Assembly: GCA_051942205.1 (NCBI GenBank)
Contig: JAVECO010000143.1
Location: forward strand, 1 to 61,257
DNA from: Coniocarpon cinnabarinum
Taxonomy: Eukaryota
Length of the DNA stretch: 61,257 bases
Direction of reading: 5' to 3'
Every line of letters starts with the position of its first letter. Positions within the stretch are counted from its first letter, which is position 1. Of the stretch, positions 11,615 through 24,174 are shown one piece after another. A model generated the notes under the pieces. It did no database searches. It saw only the letters and a list, made by a program, of their open reading frames with translations, and was not told where the DNA came from. The translations under genes and the position numbers were made by a program.

Positions 11615-14194
11615 ATGTCGGTGCCACGCAATGAGAGCGCCTCACCCACTCGCAGTCCACCACTCTCCCCTCCTCCACGCCGCGAACACCTTCCAAGGCC
11701 TCCCACTGATACCTTGTACACCAATGTGCCTTTGGCCTCTTCCGCGCCCATGTCTGTCCCCAATTCCAATGCAAAGAAATCACCACCTCCTCCGCTTCCT
11801 CCTCCCCGCTATATCGAGACCGTTGGTCGCGATGGAAAAGAGCTTGTGCATCGACCCTTTGAAGGAGAAAATGCCAGTCCGGGTTCAGGTTCGGGTTCAG
11901 GCTCCATTCGGTCGGGCTCAAGTTTGCTAGGAGGGAGCGCGAATCCTGCAAAGCAATATACAGGCCCGCAAAAGCGAGTGGACCTCGAGATTGGAACAAA
12001 CAAGGGCGGAAAAGAGAGCGCGGGTGGTGACAAGGAAGTGCGAGTGCCAGACATGGGGGCAGTGATGGACTACAAGTAAGTCTTGGCAAAAACAGCCAAC
12101 TCCAGATTTGGGGTCCCTCGCAAGTGTTACTGACACTCTTTGCAACTCCAGCAACAACTTACGTGGTGAACGGAACCTGGGCCAGCGATCGCATGAGCGT
12201 TCATCAGCGGCGTATGACAAACGAATCTTGGCAGAATTTACCAACCAACCCACCGCGATTTCCTCCGAACAAGAGCCCTCCTCTCCCAAATCCTTCAAAG
12301 ACTTTGGTTCGCCCTTGTGGCCGCTTCGACGGCGGAGCGACGCCGCAGCAGCAGCAGACTCCCCTCGCTGGCCATCTTCCGCATTATCACCCAGCTTTCA
12401 CAACTTGCACAGCCCGCTGTCAGACTCGGATCCAGAGTGGCGCGCCGGCTCGCGACCTCCAACTTCATCACATAGCAACCATCCCAACAACCCGTCTGAG
12501 CATCCTCTCAATTCGCCACGGAGTATTCAGGAACCCAACATGTCCCTAGATCATCAGTCAGCAATCGCCGATGAGTCGCATCTCTCCGAGCTCAACATCA
12601 ACGACAAAAGACCACTCAACGCAGATGAGCAGAAGAATGGTCAAAAGCGTCGCGCGCATTCTCCGTCCACGGTCTCAATCGATCCCAATTTGCGCAATCA
12701 AGAGGATGGCGTTCGACGAGATCATCCTCAAGTTGCGCGTGTGCAAAATCAAGAACCGCCCTCGCTGGCGTCATCTGCTTCGTCGAACATGCAAAGCGGG
12801 TCATATCAGTCCTCGTACGGCTTCACGCCTGGCAGTAGTGCGACAAGCTATTCCTCACAACAGCCACCTTCTTCACTATCACAGGCCCAACAACAGACTG
12901 GTCAGCAACAAGCAGCTCCTGTTGGTCTGCCAGACAACCCAAAAGATGCAACAAATGGCGCCGCCTTACCTCCCGCACCTCAGCAAAGCCATCAACAGAT
13001 GGGTCCACCACCTATACACTCGAGAACAATCAGTACTGGCATTGCGCGTCCGCCAGGCGTCTTCATTTGCGAATGCTGTCCCAAAAAACCCAAAAAATTT
13101 GAGAAGGAAGAAGAGTTGAGGTAGGTTTCTATAGGGCTGTTGCTCCTCACAAGGCTGATGGGGACCATGTACTAACATCCATCTGTCCTAGGGCCCATGA
13201 AATGGAGAAACAATACTTCTGTCAATTTTGTCACAACCGGTTCAAAAACAAGAACGAAGCTGAACGTCATCAAAATTCTCTCCATCTTCGTCGTCACTCT
13301 TGGTCATGCGCGGCCTTGCAATCACTTCAGGATGCCTTCCACCCTACCTCCAACCCTGCATCAATAACTACACCCGCCACTCCACAAGACGGCGCAGAAT
13401 CGTCACCTCATCCGCCCGCTGGTAATGCATCCGACACCTGTGGATATTGTGGGCAAGAGTTTACCAACCCGGCGGACTGGAACGCAAGAGTAGAGCATCT
13501 GAACCATGTACACAAGTTCGGCGAATGCAATCAAAGCAAGAAGTTCTTCCGCGCAGATCATTTCCGTCAGCATCTCAAGCACAGTCATGCAGGGACGAGT
13601 GGTCGTTGGACGAATCAACTCGAGAATGCATGCATGCGTGAAGAGCCACCACCTCGACCTCCAGCACAAATACCTATGAGTTTCACTGGGCCTATTCCAG
13701 TCGGTCAGATCCAACCAGTGCCCCCAAACATGCATTTAGCAGGGCAGATGCACATTCCCCAAATGCCCATGCCACAAGCCCAAATGCAACAACCTCAACA
13801 AATGCCTTCTCACTTAGCTCAATCAATGAATCCACACCCAATTCCACAAGCTCAGCAGATACCGCAACCGCAGCAAATACACCCTGTTCAACAGGTGCCG
13901 CATCAAACTTCGCAGCTACCAGTGAATCAACCCACAGCTCCAAACCCGCAGGCACCTCAACAGCAGCAGCCGCAACCGCCGCCGCAACCGCCTGAGCATC
14001 CTCTTACGGAGAACATCACCTCAACCCCCATGACACAACAGCAAGCTCAAGAGGCCGCACAGCAAGCGACACAGCAAGCAAACCAGGAACAGCAAGATCC
14101 ACCTACAGAAAATCTTGACCATGAATTCATCCAACAATCACCTACAGACGTCGAGCAAAGTCTGGATTTGAAGTCAGAAGTCACGAAATCATAG
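11615..14194 (+). CDS. C2H2 zinc-finger transcription factor with Q/P-rich C-terminus (3 exons)
   Basis: Three ORFs joined in phase by introns 12076-12151 and 13121-13191. Fingers: CECC..H, CQFC..HQNSLH, CGYC..HLNHVH and C..FFRADHFRQHLKHSH. Confidence 0.85.
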
Positions 14195-14779
14195 CATGAC
14201 ACTACGAACGTATGGACGCTTTACGAATATCAGAATTTCCCGGAGAACTTATTGTTCACTTATCACTCGGCATGGCGTTGGTGGAACGATTAGATGTAGG
14301 GAGAGCAGCATATGATTGGCGTTTCCAAAGCACAACTGTATATGCTCATTCATTTCGAAGAAAGCAGAGATTTGCAGGTGGATGATGTGAGCAGGGTCAG
14401 GCAGCACCGTTAGGGCAGACATTGATACCCAGTCCAACGGTTACATTTTATGCAGAGAGCCCTTTCACCCTTGTGAAAACGGCTATGATTCCAGGAATAT
14501 AAGGAATTTGTTGACCTTCACCTCTACGTCTGAATAGGCGCGGGAAGCACTCAGACATCTCCTGTACTTTGTGCCTCAAGTAATCACATCTGCCGTTGCT
14601 TGTCCGGAAGCAGGTAGCCTTCCGCTTGCCATTCTGTGCAAAAAAATCGACACCCTGCCCGTGACTTCATGCAGCTGCAGCAACCCGCTTCTCCAAGGAT
14701 CTCGGTGTGAACAGGCGAATCTGGAGGACTACTAGTGCGCTCTCGGGCCTCCTTGTCCAATACATAGACAACGAGGTCA

Positions 14780-15508
14780 ATGGCCTACGTGCCAACGCCG
14801 AGCAACCTGACCACGTCCTCTACACAAACCGCAAATGCGAATACCGCATCTCCACCGCTCCCAAATCTCTATCACCGCCGCCTGGTCGCTGCCTCAAATC
14901 AAAAGCCTTGCTACATATGCCACAAACCATCCGCAACCGTGCTCATAACGCCTGATTCCCGCGATTTTTTCTATGTCTGTGCTGGTCATCTCAAAGACTC
15001 CGGCTTTGCAACGCCGCAGGACGCCGCTCCTTCTCAAACTGGAGAGAACAACATTGGTGCAGACAGCGACGAGCAGAAGAAGAAGAAGAAGGCGAGGGAT
15101 GACGAGCTCCAGAAGGAGATTGACAAGGTCGTCAAGGAGTATCAAGATCGCGTGAAACGCCGGAAAGAGAAGAAGAAGCAAAAGAAGAAAAAGGAAGTCA
15201 AGGATGATGACGACGATTTCTCTTCTGATGGGGAAGGCGAGGCTGAAGCGAAGGATGCGAAGGTGAAGGCATTGGAATCGCAGAAGTCTTCTCCTGGAGC
15301 GACGGGTGAAGGCACGAAGGGCAAAGAAGGAGGCACATCGGCTGAAGAAGGACCGCGCGTTTTTGTTCTTAACCGCGCGGTGTTTGACATGAGGATGCGG
15401 AGAATCAAAGAGGCGCAGATGGCGAAGCGGAGACAGGAGTCCATGAGAAGCGGAACGTTTTGGCCTACGGTGCCGACAGGAGAGCTGGGAAGAAGCGGCG
15501 GAGGCTGA
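14780..15508 (+). CDS. Vps4-associated protein Vfa1 (DUF1742)-like
   Basis: 'NLYHRRLVA..KPCYICHKPSATVLITPDSRDFFYVCAGHLKD', a charged middle region and a 'PRVFVLNR..F.MR' C-terminal motif. Confidence 0.75.
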   Translation: MAYVPTPSNLTTSSTQTANANTASPPLPNLYHRRLVAASNQKPCYICHKPSATVLITPDSRDFFYVCAGHLKDSGFATPQDAAPSQTGENNIGADSDEQKKKKKARDDELQKEIDKVVKEYQDRVKRRKEKKKQKKKKEVKDDDDDFSSDGEGEAEAKDAKVKALESQKSSPGATGEGTKGKEGGTSAEEGPRVFVLNRAVFDMRMRRIKEAQMAKRRQESMRSGTFWPTVPTGELGRSGGG

Positions 15509-16376
15509 ATTGCTGTGGTATGAAGCTGCACCGCCGCTTGAGTAATGATTCGACAAGAGCTTTATCACGAGAGATGATTCAAGGGGTGAGGGATGGGTGT
15601 CACGAGGTAGAGAGGTCAGAAACTTCTACAGCGAGCACCCATGCACGGTTTTGAGCAAGATCCTGTGCCGGACGCCAGGGCGTGCCTGTTTCCTATGGGT
15701 ATCAGGCGCAGCCATGCGTCAACGGACGACGCGATGAAAATCAAGGTATGAAGCTGATGAGAACGGCTAAAGATGAGCGCCAGCGCTTCGTATTAGGCCA
15801 AGCAATAATCCTAGCCGATAGTAAGGTTGTAGTAAGCTTGTCGCCGGTCGTCGACGATTCAAGTCGTTGGCTGCTGTGCCATTTGGCAAACACGACTTGA
15901 TTGTGGTGGTCTCTTTTCTGCTGAATTGACATTTTCTCAGTGAGAATGGCGTGAAGCTGCTCTCTTTGGGAAAAGGTCAGCCGAGTCAAAGAGCTATGTT
16001 TTCCCTTGTCACACAATTTTCGGTCCGCATCATTGCAGACGAGTTCTAGACACAGGCGGGCAACAGGAAGGTTCCACCTAGAACAGAAGGAAGGAGAAAG
16101 CCAAGGCACCCACGTGACCTTCCACAAGGGTACTCAAGGATGGTGCGACCGCTGCTTTGTCACGGCTTACGACGCCAGTGAGGAACAACTTGCTCACTTC
16201 ACCAGGTAGGATCAGCTTGCAACTTATTTGAACATCTCAGACCCATCAACAATCGTCCACTTGTTCCTAGCATTTTCAGTATAATTGAACTTCCCGGACG
16301 ACATTTGCCCAGGCCTTTCTACCACCCGCCTATCCAGTAGCCTTTGTTCGCTTGCGATCTATCACTGCAAAACATC

Positions 16377-16805
16377 ATGGCCGAACACAAATTTGACTAC
16401 AACGTCGAGATGTTTTGCTCGAGCTGCTCTGGCGCGGTCGAGCGTATGCTGAAAAAGTCTAAGGACAATGGTGAGTCGTACGCCCTTCCTCGCCCTTCGC
16501 CTGCCAAACCGTCCACACTGTCACTGAACCATCCACATCTTTCACCGAGAAAGTCCTTACTCAGACCTTGCACAGACGAGCTCGTGGATTACTCCGTCGA
16601 TCTCAACAACAAGATGGTCCACGTCGACTCCACCGGAACAGATTACATGCCTTTTGTTGAGAAATTTAACAAGGCGAGCAAGTGGGTTTACTGGGCCAAG
16701 GTGGATGATGTTGAGCAGGCGGTCCCGGACGTCGATGCGCTGAAGGCGGCGAAGGCTGGTACGTCCAACGTCGGAACGCCGAGTGCGCAGACACCGGCTT
16801 CGTGA
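16377..16805 (+). CDS. Atx1-like heavy-metal-associated (HMA) copper chaperone
   Basis: 'HKFDYNVEMFCSSCSGAVERML' MxCxxC motif; predicted intron 16471-16575 (GTGAGT...CAG). Confidence 0.7.
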   Translation: MAEHKFDYNVEMFCSSCSGAVERMLKKSKDNGESYALPRPSPAKPSTLSLNHPHLSPRKSLLRPCTDELVDYSVDLNNKMVHVDSTGTDYMPFVEKFNKASKWVYWAKVDDVEQAVPDVDALKAAKAGTSNVGTPSAQTPAS

Positions 16806-16894
16806 AGATCAAACGTGTGTTTTGTCGAAGTGATTGGGCCGAATGGGGAACTGTGCACTCATGAATTCCTATGCTGGAGCATTGCTGGATATTT

Positions 16895-18094
16895 TTACGC
16901 CTGCATAGCGATAGGCAGAAGCGTATCAAGCTGCTCAGCCAGTCTTCGTGTTTCTGACGCGCCAATTGCGTCGCCAGACGAGGCAATCATGTCGCCCCAT
17001 GAATGAGAGCCATATAAGTTGTAGACCTGTGGCTGCCGCTCGCGCTGATTGATGATGAGCTCCTCGATCTGCGCATGTCGTACGTTGATTTGAACATCAT
17101 GCTGGAGTGTAGCGTGTTCATCTTGCTTCTGAAGTTGAAATGTGAAGCGCGGCGTTTGTCCGAAGGTCCACGCATCCGTCTTCATCTCGTCATGGCTCTG
17201 ACGAACTGTGTGTTCCATGATAGCGTTTTGCCCCACCTCCACACTTTCTAAGCGATCGGCAGTAAATGTGTAGATGGTCCGAAACTCCTCAGCAACAGCA
17301 CTGGCGAAGTCTTCATACGTGACAAAGGTGTTGCTGACAGGCGAGCTGACACTCTCGACGCCTTTTGCCGAGATGTGGTTTCTCGCCGGGCTATGAAGAA
17401 GTTGTCGCAAATTGCTCAGATTCGGCGAGTTCAGCAGACATGTCCCATGATGTAGTGCCCGCCCACGGGTGAGCTTGTACGCCGACCCGGAGCATTTGCG
17501 GGTATTGGACCCGTCTGGCATGGTGTATGGCGTCCGGTGCGTATCATTCGGATCAGAATAATTCGTCTTTTGCAGGGTCTGATCCAACACAATGTCGTGC
17601 CTTTCGTTCACTCGCGCTCTTTCAATACCGCGTCGCCGTAGCGCCCGAACGACCATCTCGGCATGCTTATCGCGCGTAAATGTCTCGGGTGGGGAGATCA
17701 CCGTCCAATTGACATTGCCTAAATCATGAAAGACAGTACCACCACCGCTGTATCGTCTTACGATTGAGAGTTCCTCACTTCGAGCTCGCTCGAGACATTC
17801 TGGCAGATTAAGCTCCAGCCATGGATTCTGGTTGCGGCCAATGACGACGCAAGGGTTGTTCCTGTAAAGGAAGAGGACGGAGGACTCATGGGGCGTCTTG
17901 CGGAAGAGGTAATTCTCGATGCCTAGGTTGATGTAAGGATCATGAGTTGTAGAAACATAGGACTGAACTTTCGCCGAGCCCACAGCAGCGTTCCATGCTG
18001 CTGATCGGGGTGCTGAAGACGAGACTGATCTCGAGGGCTTGAGTATTGGGACTCTGGCGCTGGCTGTCCGAGCGCTTGCTACGCTGTGGAGCAT
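16895..18094 (-). CDS. Mitochondrial lipoate-protein ligase/lipoyltransferase (Aim22/Lip3 type)
   Basis: DPYINLGIE, IGRNQNPW, RRYSGGGTVFHDLGN, KCSGSAYK and HHGTCL motifs; presequence-like start MLHSVASAR at 18094. Confidence 0.9.
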   Translation of the reverse strand: MLHSVASARTASARVPILKPSRSVSSSAPRSAAWNAAVGSAKVQSYVSTTHDPYINLGIENYLFRKTPHESSVLFLYRNNPCVVIGRNQNPWLELNLPECLERARSEELSIVRRYSGGGTVFHDLGNVNWTVISPPETFTRDKHAEMVVRALRRRGIERARVNERHDIVLDQTLQKTNYSDPNDTHRTPYTMPDGSNTRKCSGSAYKLTRGRALHHGTCLLNSPNLSNLRQLLHSPARNHISAKGVESVSSPVSNTFVTYEDFASAVAEEFRTIYTFTADRLESVEVGQNAIMEHTVRQSHDEMKTDAWTFGQTPRFTFQLQKQDEHATLQHDVQINVRHAQIEELIINQRERQPQVYNLYGSHSWGDMIASSGDAIGASETRRLAEQLDTLLPIAMQA

Positions 18095-18343
18095 CAGATC
18101 CGTACATACTGATGTATACTGCTCATTTGAGAGGATAGGCTCCAAGTATGAATTTTGGGCTTTTCCCGTTCCTGAATCGAGAAGCTTGCGCCTCGGAAAG
18201 GTCCATGCACCAATGACGCCGATCTCGCACGCAAAAAGTTTCTGCAACGTCTCGATACTATAGGACGAAATACCGCCGTGAAAGCATGCTGTCCTAGGCT
18301 CTAACGGCTGCAGATATTGCTGCGAGTGCTCGTCTCTGACAAT

Positions 18344-19576
18344 ATGTCCACCTTTGGCACTCACTTCCGCGTCACGACCGCAGGGGAATCCCACTGCCCC
18401 TCCGTCAACCTCATCATCGATGGCTGCCCCCCCGGTCTCAAACTCACAGAGTCTGACATCCAGCCCCAGCTCACCCGCCGTCGGCCAGGCCAATCTGCCC
18501 TCTCCACGCCTCGCAATGAAGCCGACAAGATTCATATCCAGTCCGGCACCGAGTATGGCATTACGCTCGGTACGCCGATCGCCATGCGGGCCATGAATGA
18601 GAATCAGCGGCCGCACGACTACAAGGGTGATAAGATGGATGCGTTTCCAAGACCGAGCCACGCAGACTGGACGTATCTGGAAAAGTACGGGGTCAAGGCC
18701 AGCAGTGGTGGGGGACGGAGTAGTGCACGCGAGACGCTGGCACGGGTTGCGGCGGGGGCGGTGGCCGAGAAAGTGTTGAAAGAGGCGTGTGGAGTCGAGA
18801 TTGTTGCGTTTACGTCGAGTATAGGGAACGAATACCTGTTTTCGCCTACGGCAGAACATCCAACTGCGTCCACGAACCCTGAATTCCTTGAATTGTTGGA
18901 AAAGATCACGAGAGAAGAAGTGGACGACCATATACCGGTGCGATGTCCTAGCAAAGAAGCCTGTGCAAGAATGGAAAAGCTCATTGAGCAATTCCGAGAT
19001 CAGAAAGACAGCATTGGCGGCACCGTCTCCTGCGTAGTACGACATTGTCCCTCTGGTCTCGGGGAACCAGTCTTCGACCGGTTGGAAGCAACACTAGCAC
19101 ATGCCATGATGTCTTTGCCTGCAACGAAAGGGTTTCAGCTGGGTTCTGGCTTCGGCGGCTGTCGAGTACCAGGCAGTCAGCACAACGACCCTTTTGTGCG
19201 AGGCGCAGACGGCAGGCTCGTCACAAAGACCAACAACTCTGGAGGCGTGCAGGGCGGTATCAGCAACGGCGCCCACATATATTTCGACGTAGCATTCAAG
19301 CCTCCCGCGACAATCGGCACGGCTCAGACGACTGCAGGCTACCGCGATAGCTCCGATGGAGTGTTAGAAGCTAAAGGCCGACATGATCCCTGTGTCATTC
19401 CGAGGGCTATACCGATTGTTGAGGGCATGGCTGCTATTGCAATCTTGGATGCTGTGCTTGCGCAGGAAAGCAGAAAAGCGCTCCGAAATCGCTTGCCCAG
19501 ACTGGAGGGATCGATTCCTCTTAGGCCTGAGGGATGGGAAACATACAAGAACGAGGTCAATAGGCATTACGGCTGA
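18344..19576 (+). CDS. ARO2: Chorismate synthase
   Basis: MSTFG..FRVTTAGESH, RPSHAD, GGGRSSARET, NNSGGVQGGISNG and GRHDPCV signatures; intronless. Confidence 0.97.
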   Translation: MSTFGTHFRVTTAGESHCPSVNLIIDGCPPGLKLTESDIQPQLTRRRPGQSALSTPRNEADKIHIQSGTEYGITLGTPIAMRAMNENQRPHDYKGDKMDAFPRPSHADWTYLEKYGVKASSGGGRSSARETLARVAAGAVAEKVLKEACGVEIVAFTSSIGNEYLFSPTAEHPTASTNPEFLELLEKITREEVDDHIPVRCPSKEACARMEKLIEQFRDQKDSIGGTVSCVVRHCPSGLGEPVFDRLEATLAHAMMSLPATKGFQLGSGFGGCRVPGSQHNDPFVRGADGRLVTKTNNSGGVQGGISNGAHIYFDVAFKPPATIGTAQTTAGYRDSSDGVLEAKGRHDPCVIPRAIPIVEGMAAIAILDAVLAQESRKALRNRLPRLEGSIPLRPEGWETYKNEVNRHYG

Positions 19577-20160
19577 GTTCACTGTGCTATCTCTGGCGAG
19601 GCAGCTCTTGATAATATGGCGTTGGCGAACAATGCTAGGATTGTAGCCCAGAGATGGTGACAAAGTATATTATGCCCAAGGTTAGAAACAGTGGAGGCCA
19701 GACTCCCTTGGATCGCTCGCAAGAAGCAGTAATGCCAGCGTGTTCGCGAGCGCTCGCGAGCCAATTTTGAGAAGGGGACATGAGTCGAGGTGATCTACGA
19801 TGAGAACGATAGTAGGGCGTCACAAGCTGCGCCAAGCGGTACCTGGAAAGCCAGCTTGAGCCCTGGCGTGCAATGCGCAAGGCTGATGTGGGCGCAGAAG
19901 CAGTGCAAGACTGACTCTGAACGCTTTTGGTCAAGACACTGATGGTGTGAAGACCGAGGAAGCTCAATCAAAGCCTTTCTCGAAGACGGGACGTCACAGA
20001 GACGAACAATTCGTTGCCTGCCATCTGATTCTCGCTGTTCTTCCCAACGGCCTATCATTCAATCATCGTCATCATCATCCTTCATGTCCCTCTTAACATG
20101 TCTCTCTTAACACACGGAACATCACTTGTTTTGAAGCCGCTGTGAGTATGCCTGGATCAA

Positions 20161-22254
20161 CTACGAGGTCTGCAAAGCTGCCTGATGCACACCCTCCGTC
20201 ACTTCGTCGACGCCGTTCTCCTTCGGTGGCTCACTCAATTTTTGGGCACCGCCCTTTTCCACACTCTCCACGCTCGGTTGTCCCCCAGCCTCACCCTTCT
20301 TCTTCTCCTTCTCCTTCTTGGCCAACTTGTCCGCCTTTTTCGCCGCCTTCTTCTTCGCTTCCTCCTCTTTCGCCTTCTTGGCCTCCTCCCCGCCGAACAT
20401 CTCACGCCATTCCGTCTCCTTCTCAGGCTTGATCTGTTTGAACAGGTAGTCAGCTTTTCCGAGCGCGTGATTAGGCTTGATGCTGTCAACGGACCAGGTG
20501 TCTGGGATAATGAGTGGCGCTGTGTTGAGCTGTTTATTGATCGATGCGGCGGTGTCGGGCATGTAAGGCTCTACGACCGAAGCCAGTAAATGACAGAGAT
20601 TCACGGCGAGACCGAGGACGGCGGCGCACTTTTGAGGTTGCGTGTCGAGAAGTTTATTGTCGAGCGTGTGAGACTGAAGGAGGAGGTTTCCCTGATCAGA
20701 GATGTGGAGGACCGTCACAAGCCCAGCGCGGAGCTTGACGGCCTCGAGCTCCTCGACGTAGCGTTTCAGCAGCGAGTTCACTTCCTCTTTCCAGCTGTCA
20801 AACGCGGGTTCCGTGTACGCTGTGTAGTCCGGAAGGTGCGACCCCTCGAACTTGGCGTTCACGAACTTGATGACACGATTTACAAAGTTTCCCAGATTCT
20901 TCAGAAGAATGTTGTTGTTCGCGTCGATGAAGCTCTTCCATACAAACTCAGTGTCTCCCGTCTCTGGTCGATGCGAAAGCAAATAATACCGCCATACATC
21001 GCTTGCGATTCCTGTCTTCTTGGCGCTGTCACCAAAAACACCGATGCCGCGACTTTTCGAAAACTTGCCATTTTCGTAGTTCAGGTATTCGGTTGTGCTT
21101 AAATGATGGAGTTTCGTCCAGGTGTCACGCGTACCGATCTGAGAGCCAGGAAATACGACGGTGTGGAAGGGCACGTTGTCTTTGCCCATGAATTGGTAAA
21201 GTTGGACATTGTCCGGATCTCGCCACCATTTTTCCCATTCGTCTGTGTAGTTCGCAGTAATGGACACATAGCCAATGCAGGCGTCGAACCAGACGTAGAT
21301 GACTTTGTCCTCGTAGCCAGGCAAGGGGACAGCGGTGCCCCATTTCAAATCTCGCGTGATGCCGCGAGGTTTCAGGCCCTCTTTCAGCCACGATCCGGTG
21401 ATGTCTCTGCCGTTACTTGACCACTCGCCTTTTGCACACGCATCATGAAACCACTTCTCGATCTCGGGCTGCAGCTTATCTAATTCAAGGAAGACGTGCT
21501 TTGTTTCTCGGGGGACAGGTGTTGCTCCATCCAGCTTACATCGAGGATTCTTGAGGTCGAGCGGGTCTAGAAGCTTGCCGCATTTATCGCATTGATCCCC
21601 ACGTGCGTCGTTGTATCCGCAAAGCGGGCACTCCCCTTCAACGAAGCGGTCGGCGAGGTATGACTTGTGTTTCTCGCAGTACGGCTGTGTGGTGGTACGT
21701 TCTTGCATGAAGCCATTCTTATAGAGCTTGAGAAAGATGTCTTGGGTGATCTCGGTCTGTTGTTTCGTTGGGGTGCGACCGAAGATGTCGAAGTCGATAT
21801 TGAACCATTCGTAGACTTGGGCGTGAAGCGTATAGTACTTGTCGCAGAGCTCTTGCGGTGTGCATTTTTCTTCGAGAGCTTTGGTCTCTGTGGCCGTTCC
21901 GTACTCATCAGTGCCTGCAATTTGTCAGCGTCGCAGCTCAGCGCATTCTTGATCGAGCGCAGGTCGGGGACGGCAAGCGGTGGCCTTACTCAGTGCAGTC
22001 GGGAGATGGCACACAGAATATGAAAATGAACAACTTGTCAGTTACACACGCTGAGTTTACATACCGCACACAAAGAGCGCATTCAGGCCTCGAGCTTTGC
22101 AATACCTCGCAAAGACATCCGCCGATAACACAGAGCCGACAACGTTCCCAAGATGCGGAACGTTGTTCACGTATGGGAGGGCACTGGTGATGAGAATATT
22201 GCGTTTTCCGGGTTCGGGAACAATTTTTCGGCGCTTTCTGGGTTCTTCGGCCAT
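20161..22254 (-). CDS. MES1: Cytosolic methionyl-tRNA synthetase
   Basis: [16 protein letters not shown] (HIGH-like), CGTDEYG across intron 22064-21915, zinc knuckle, YVWFDA and KFSKS. Confidence 0.96.
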
Positions 22255-22461
22255 GTTTAATATCTAACAAAGCGAATTGCAGAGGCGAGTGTAAATGTAT
22301 GCTCCAAATGAAGAGCGCGTATAGGCTATAGCGCGGCGTTTAGAAGCAATCCACAGTCAGACGAAGTTCTTGGCATGTGAAATCTGGAACTCGGATCCGA
22401 ATCCGCCTTGTCCACCTCCTTCTGATATTCAAACATGCTCCCCACAACGAGTAGAGTCGCT

Positions 22462-22968
22462 ATGGACGACGATCCATTCGACGAGCTCTTCAATCTGGAG
22501 GACAAATATTATCAGGAAGGTTATGAACAAGGAAGACGAGACGGCGCCGGCCAGAGTCGGCTTGGAGCGCGCATTTTCGGTATTGAGAAAGGATACGAGA
22601 AGTACATTGAAATGGGTAGAATCCAGGCGCGAGCCCGAGTCTGGTCTGAGGATCTAAGAATAGCAGCGCAAACATCTACCGATGAAGTCCGAGGAACATC
22701 TTCGAAAGTCCACCAGACGCTCCAAGACCCTGCGCTAAGAAGTCGACTTGCGAAGCATGTCGATGTGCTGACAGCCCTGGTTGATCCCACGACGCTGTCT
22801 ACCCAGAATACCGATGATGCGGTCTCAGATTTTGACGATCGAATCAAACGTGCACAGGCCAAGTGCAAGGTAGTCGAACGTATGCTCAGAGACGAGGGTG
22901 ACGGCGTGAAGCGCAGTGGTGGGAGTAAGAACCCAGCGACCTTCAAGTCGAGGTTGAATGACTTTTGA
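22462..22968 (+). CDS. Lto1/ORAOV1 (DUF1715, Yae1_N) family protein
   Basis: 'DDPFDELFNLEDKYYQEGYEQGRRDG...G...G.EKG' deca-GX3-like motif. Confidence 0.75.
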   Translation: MDDDPFDELFNLEDKYYQEGYEQGRRDGAGQSRLGARIFGIEKGYEKYIEMGRIQARARVWSEDLRIAAQTSTDEVRGTSSKVHQTLQDPALRSRLAKHVDVLTALVDPTTLSTQNTDDAVSDFDDRIKRAQAKCKVVERMLRDEGDGVKRSGGSKNPATFKSRLNDF

Positions 22969-23003
22969 AAAAGACCTGCACAGGTCTACAAGTCTGAAAC
23001 TGG

Positions 23004-23591
23004 TCATGCACTGAGCTCGGAGAAACCTGCAAGTGCTGGCTTGCGAGTAGGAGGTTGTATGCTTTGTCGACGAGCCTTGAAACAAGTCGTGATAGGCGGC
23101 ACCCAGCAGACTCCGCGAGTCTTGGGAGTGCCGTTGGGTTTAATTCTGGTGAATAACTTGAGCATGGCATCGCGTTCTTTGTATATACTCATGCTTTGGA
23201 GATGAGTCACATTGACATTAAAAGGCTAATGCCAATGTCAACCTAAGCATCTGTGGGCAAGGAAACTCCTCGTACTCACTGCATCCTTCTGGTCCGCGGC
23301 ACCGGAATCTGGTGTCCATCGTTTGGCGCCAATCGTCTTCCACAGCAACCAGATCTTTTGGTCGAGCCAGGCAAGATGATTATCAAGCACGTAGACTATC
23401 TCGTATTGAAAGGTTCGACATGTGAGTGCGAGAGCTATTGCTGCCAAATACGCGAGCTGGCTCTCCTGCGAGTCTACATTGAAGAAGGTCTTGAAGTCTG
23501 GTGAATGGGGTGGATCTTGGAGGCGGTGAGCAAGTGCGTAGCCGAAGATTTGTTGTCGGATTTCAGTAGATAGATCTGTCAGCGTCGGCAT
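23004..23591 (-). CDS. Hypothetical protein with N-terminal F-box-like motif (exon structure uncertain)
   Basis: 'TLTDLSTEIRQQIFGYAL'. The downstream ORF 23004-23210 may be a second exon. Confidence 0.35.
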
Positions 23592-24174
23592 GGCGGTCTG
23601 GCTCGTGTTTATATGAAAGAATGAATGGCCAAAGGCTTAGGCTCGCGACTACGAGACGATGATGGCTACGTGGGGACCAGTCAGTCGCAAGGCTCCAGCG
23701 TCATAACAAATCTCCCGTGGTCGCGGGACCACATTGGCCGCTTGGCAGAGGCACTGCACGGCTTTGTAAAGGATGCTCGAATCTCGTGACGGCAATGTGA
23801 ATGTGACAGAGCAAGGCGGCGTCATAGATGTATCAGGCCCAGACTGTAAAACCGGTGTGATGTAGGCGAGAGCCAAATACATTGGATGTTCACCTACTCT
23901 ACTCCAATGCTCATATTCTGTGTCTACGATACTTGGCCAATACCTTCAAAAATACTTAGGGTGCTATCATATGCTAGTACTTGAACATCGGAGTGGAGCG
24001 CAGCGAGAAAGCAGAGAGGTGGTTAAGGTGCTCGGCTGTACGTAACCCACAAGAGCCGAACAACGTCACAAACGCGATGAGATAGTTTAAGCTTGGAAGA
24101 GCCAGCCTCCATACCTTGAATAGTAGAAAGAACCTGTGTATCTACGAGATCTAATAAGGTATGGGACGCGAAAA

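Noticed and set aside
18095..19045. N-terminal ~317 aa of the 716-aa ORF 16895-19045, suggesting a fusion protein
   Set aside because: It is the antisense shadow of ARO2 plus the promoter; recognizable lipoyltransferase starts near ATG 18094.
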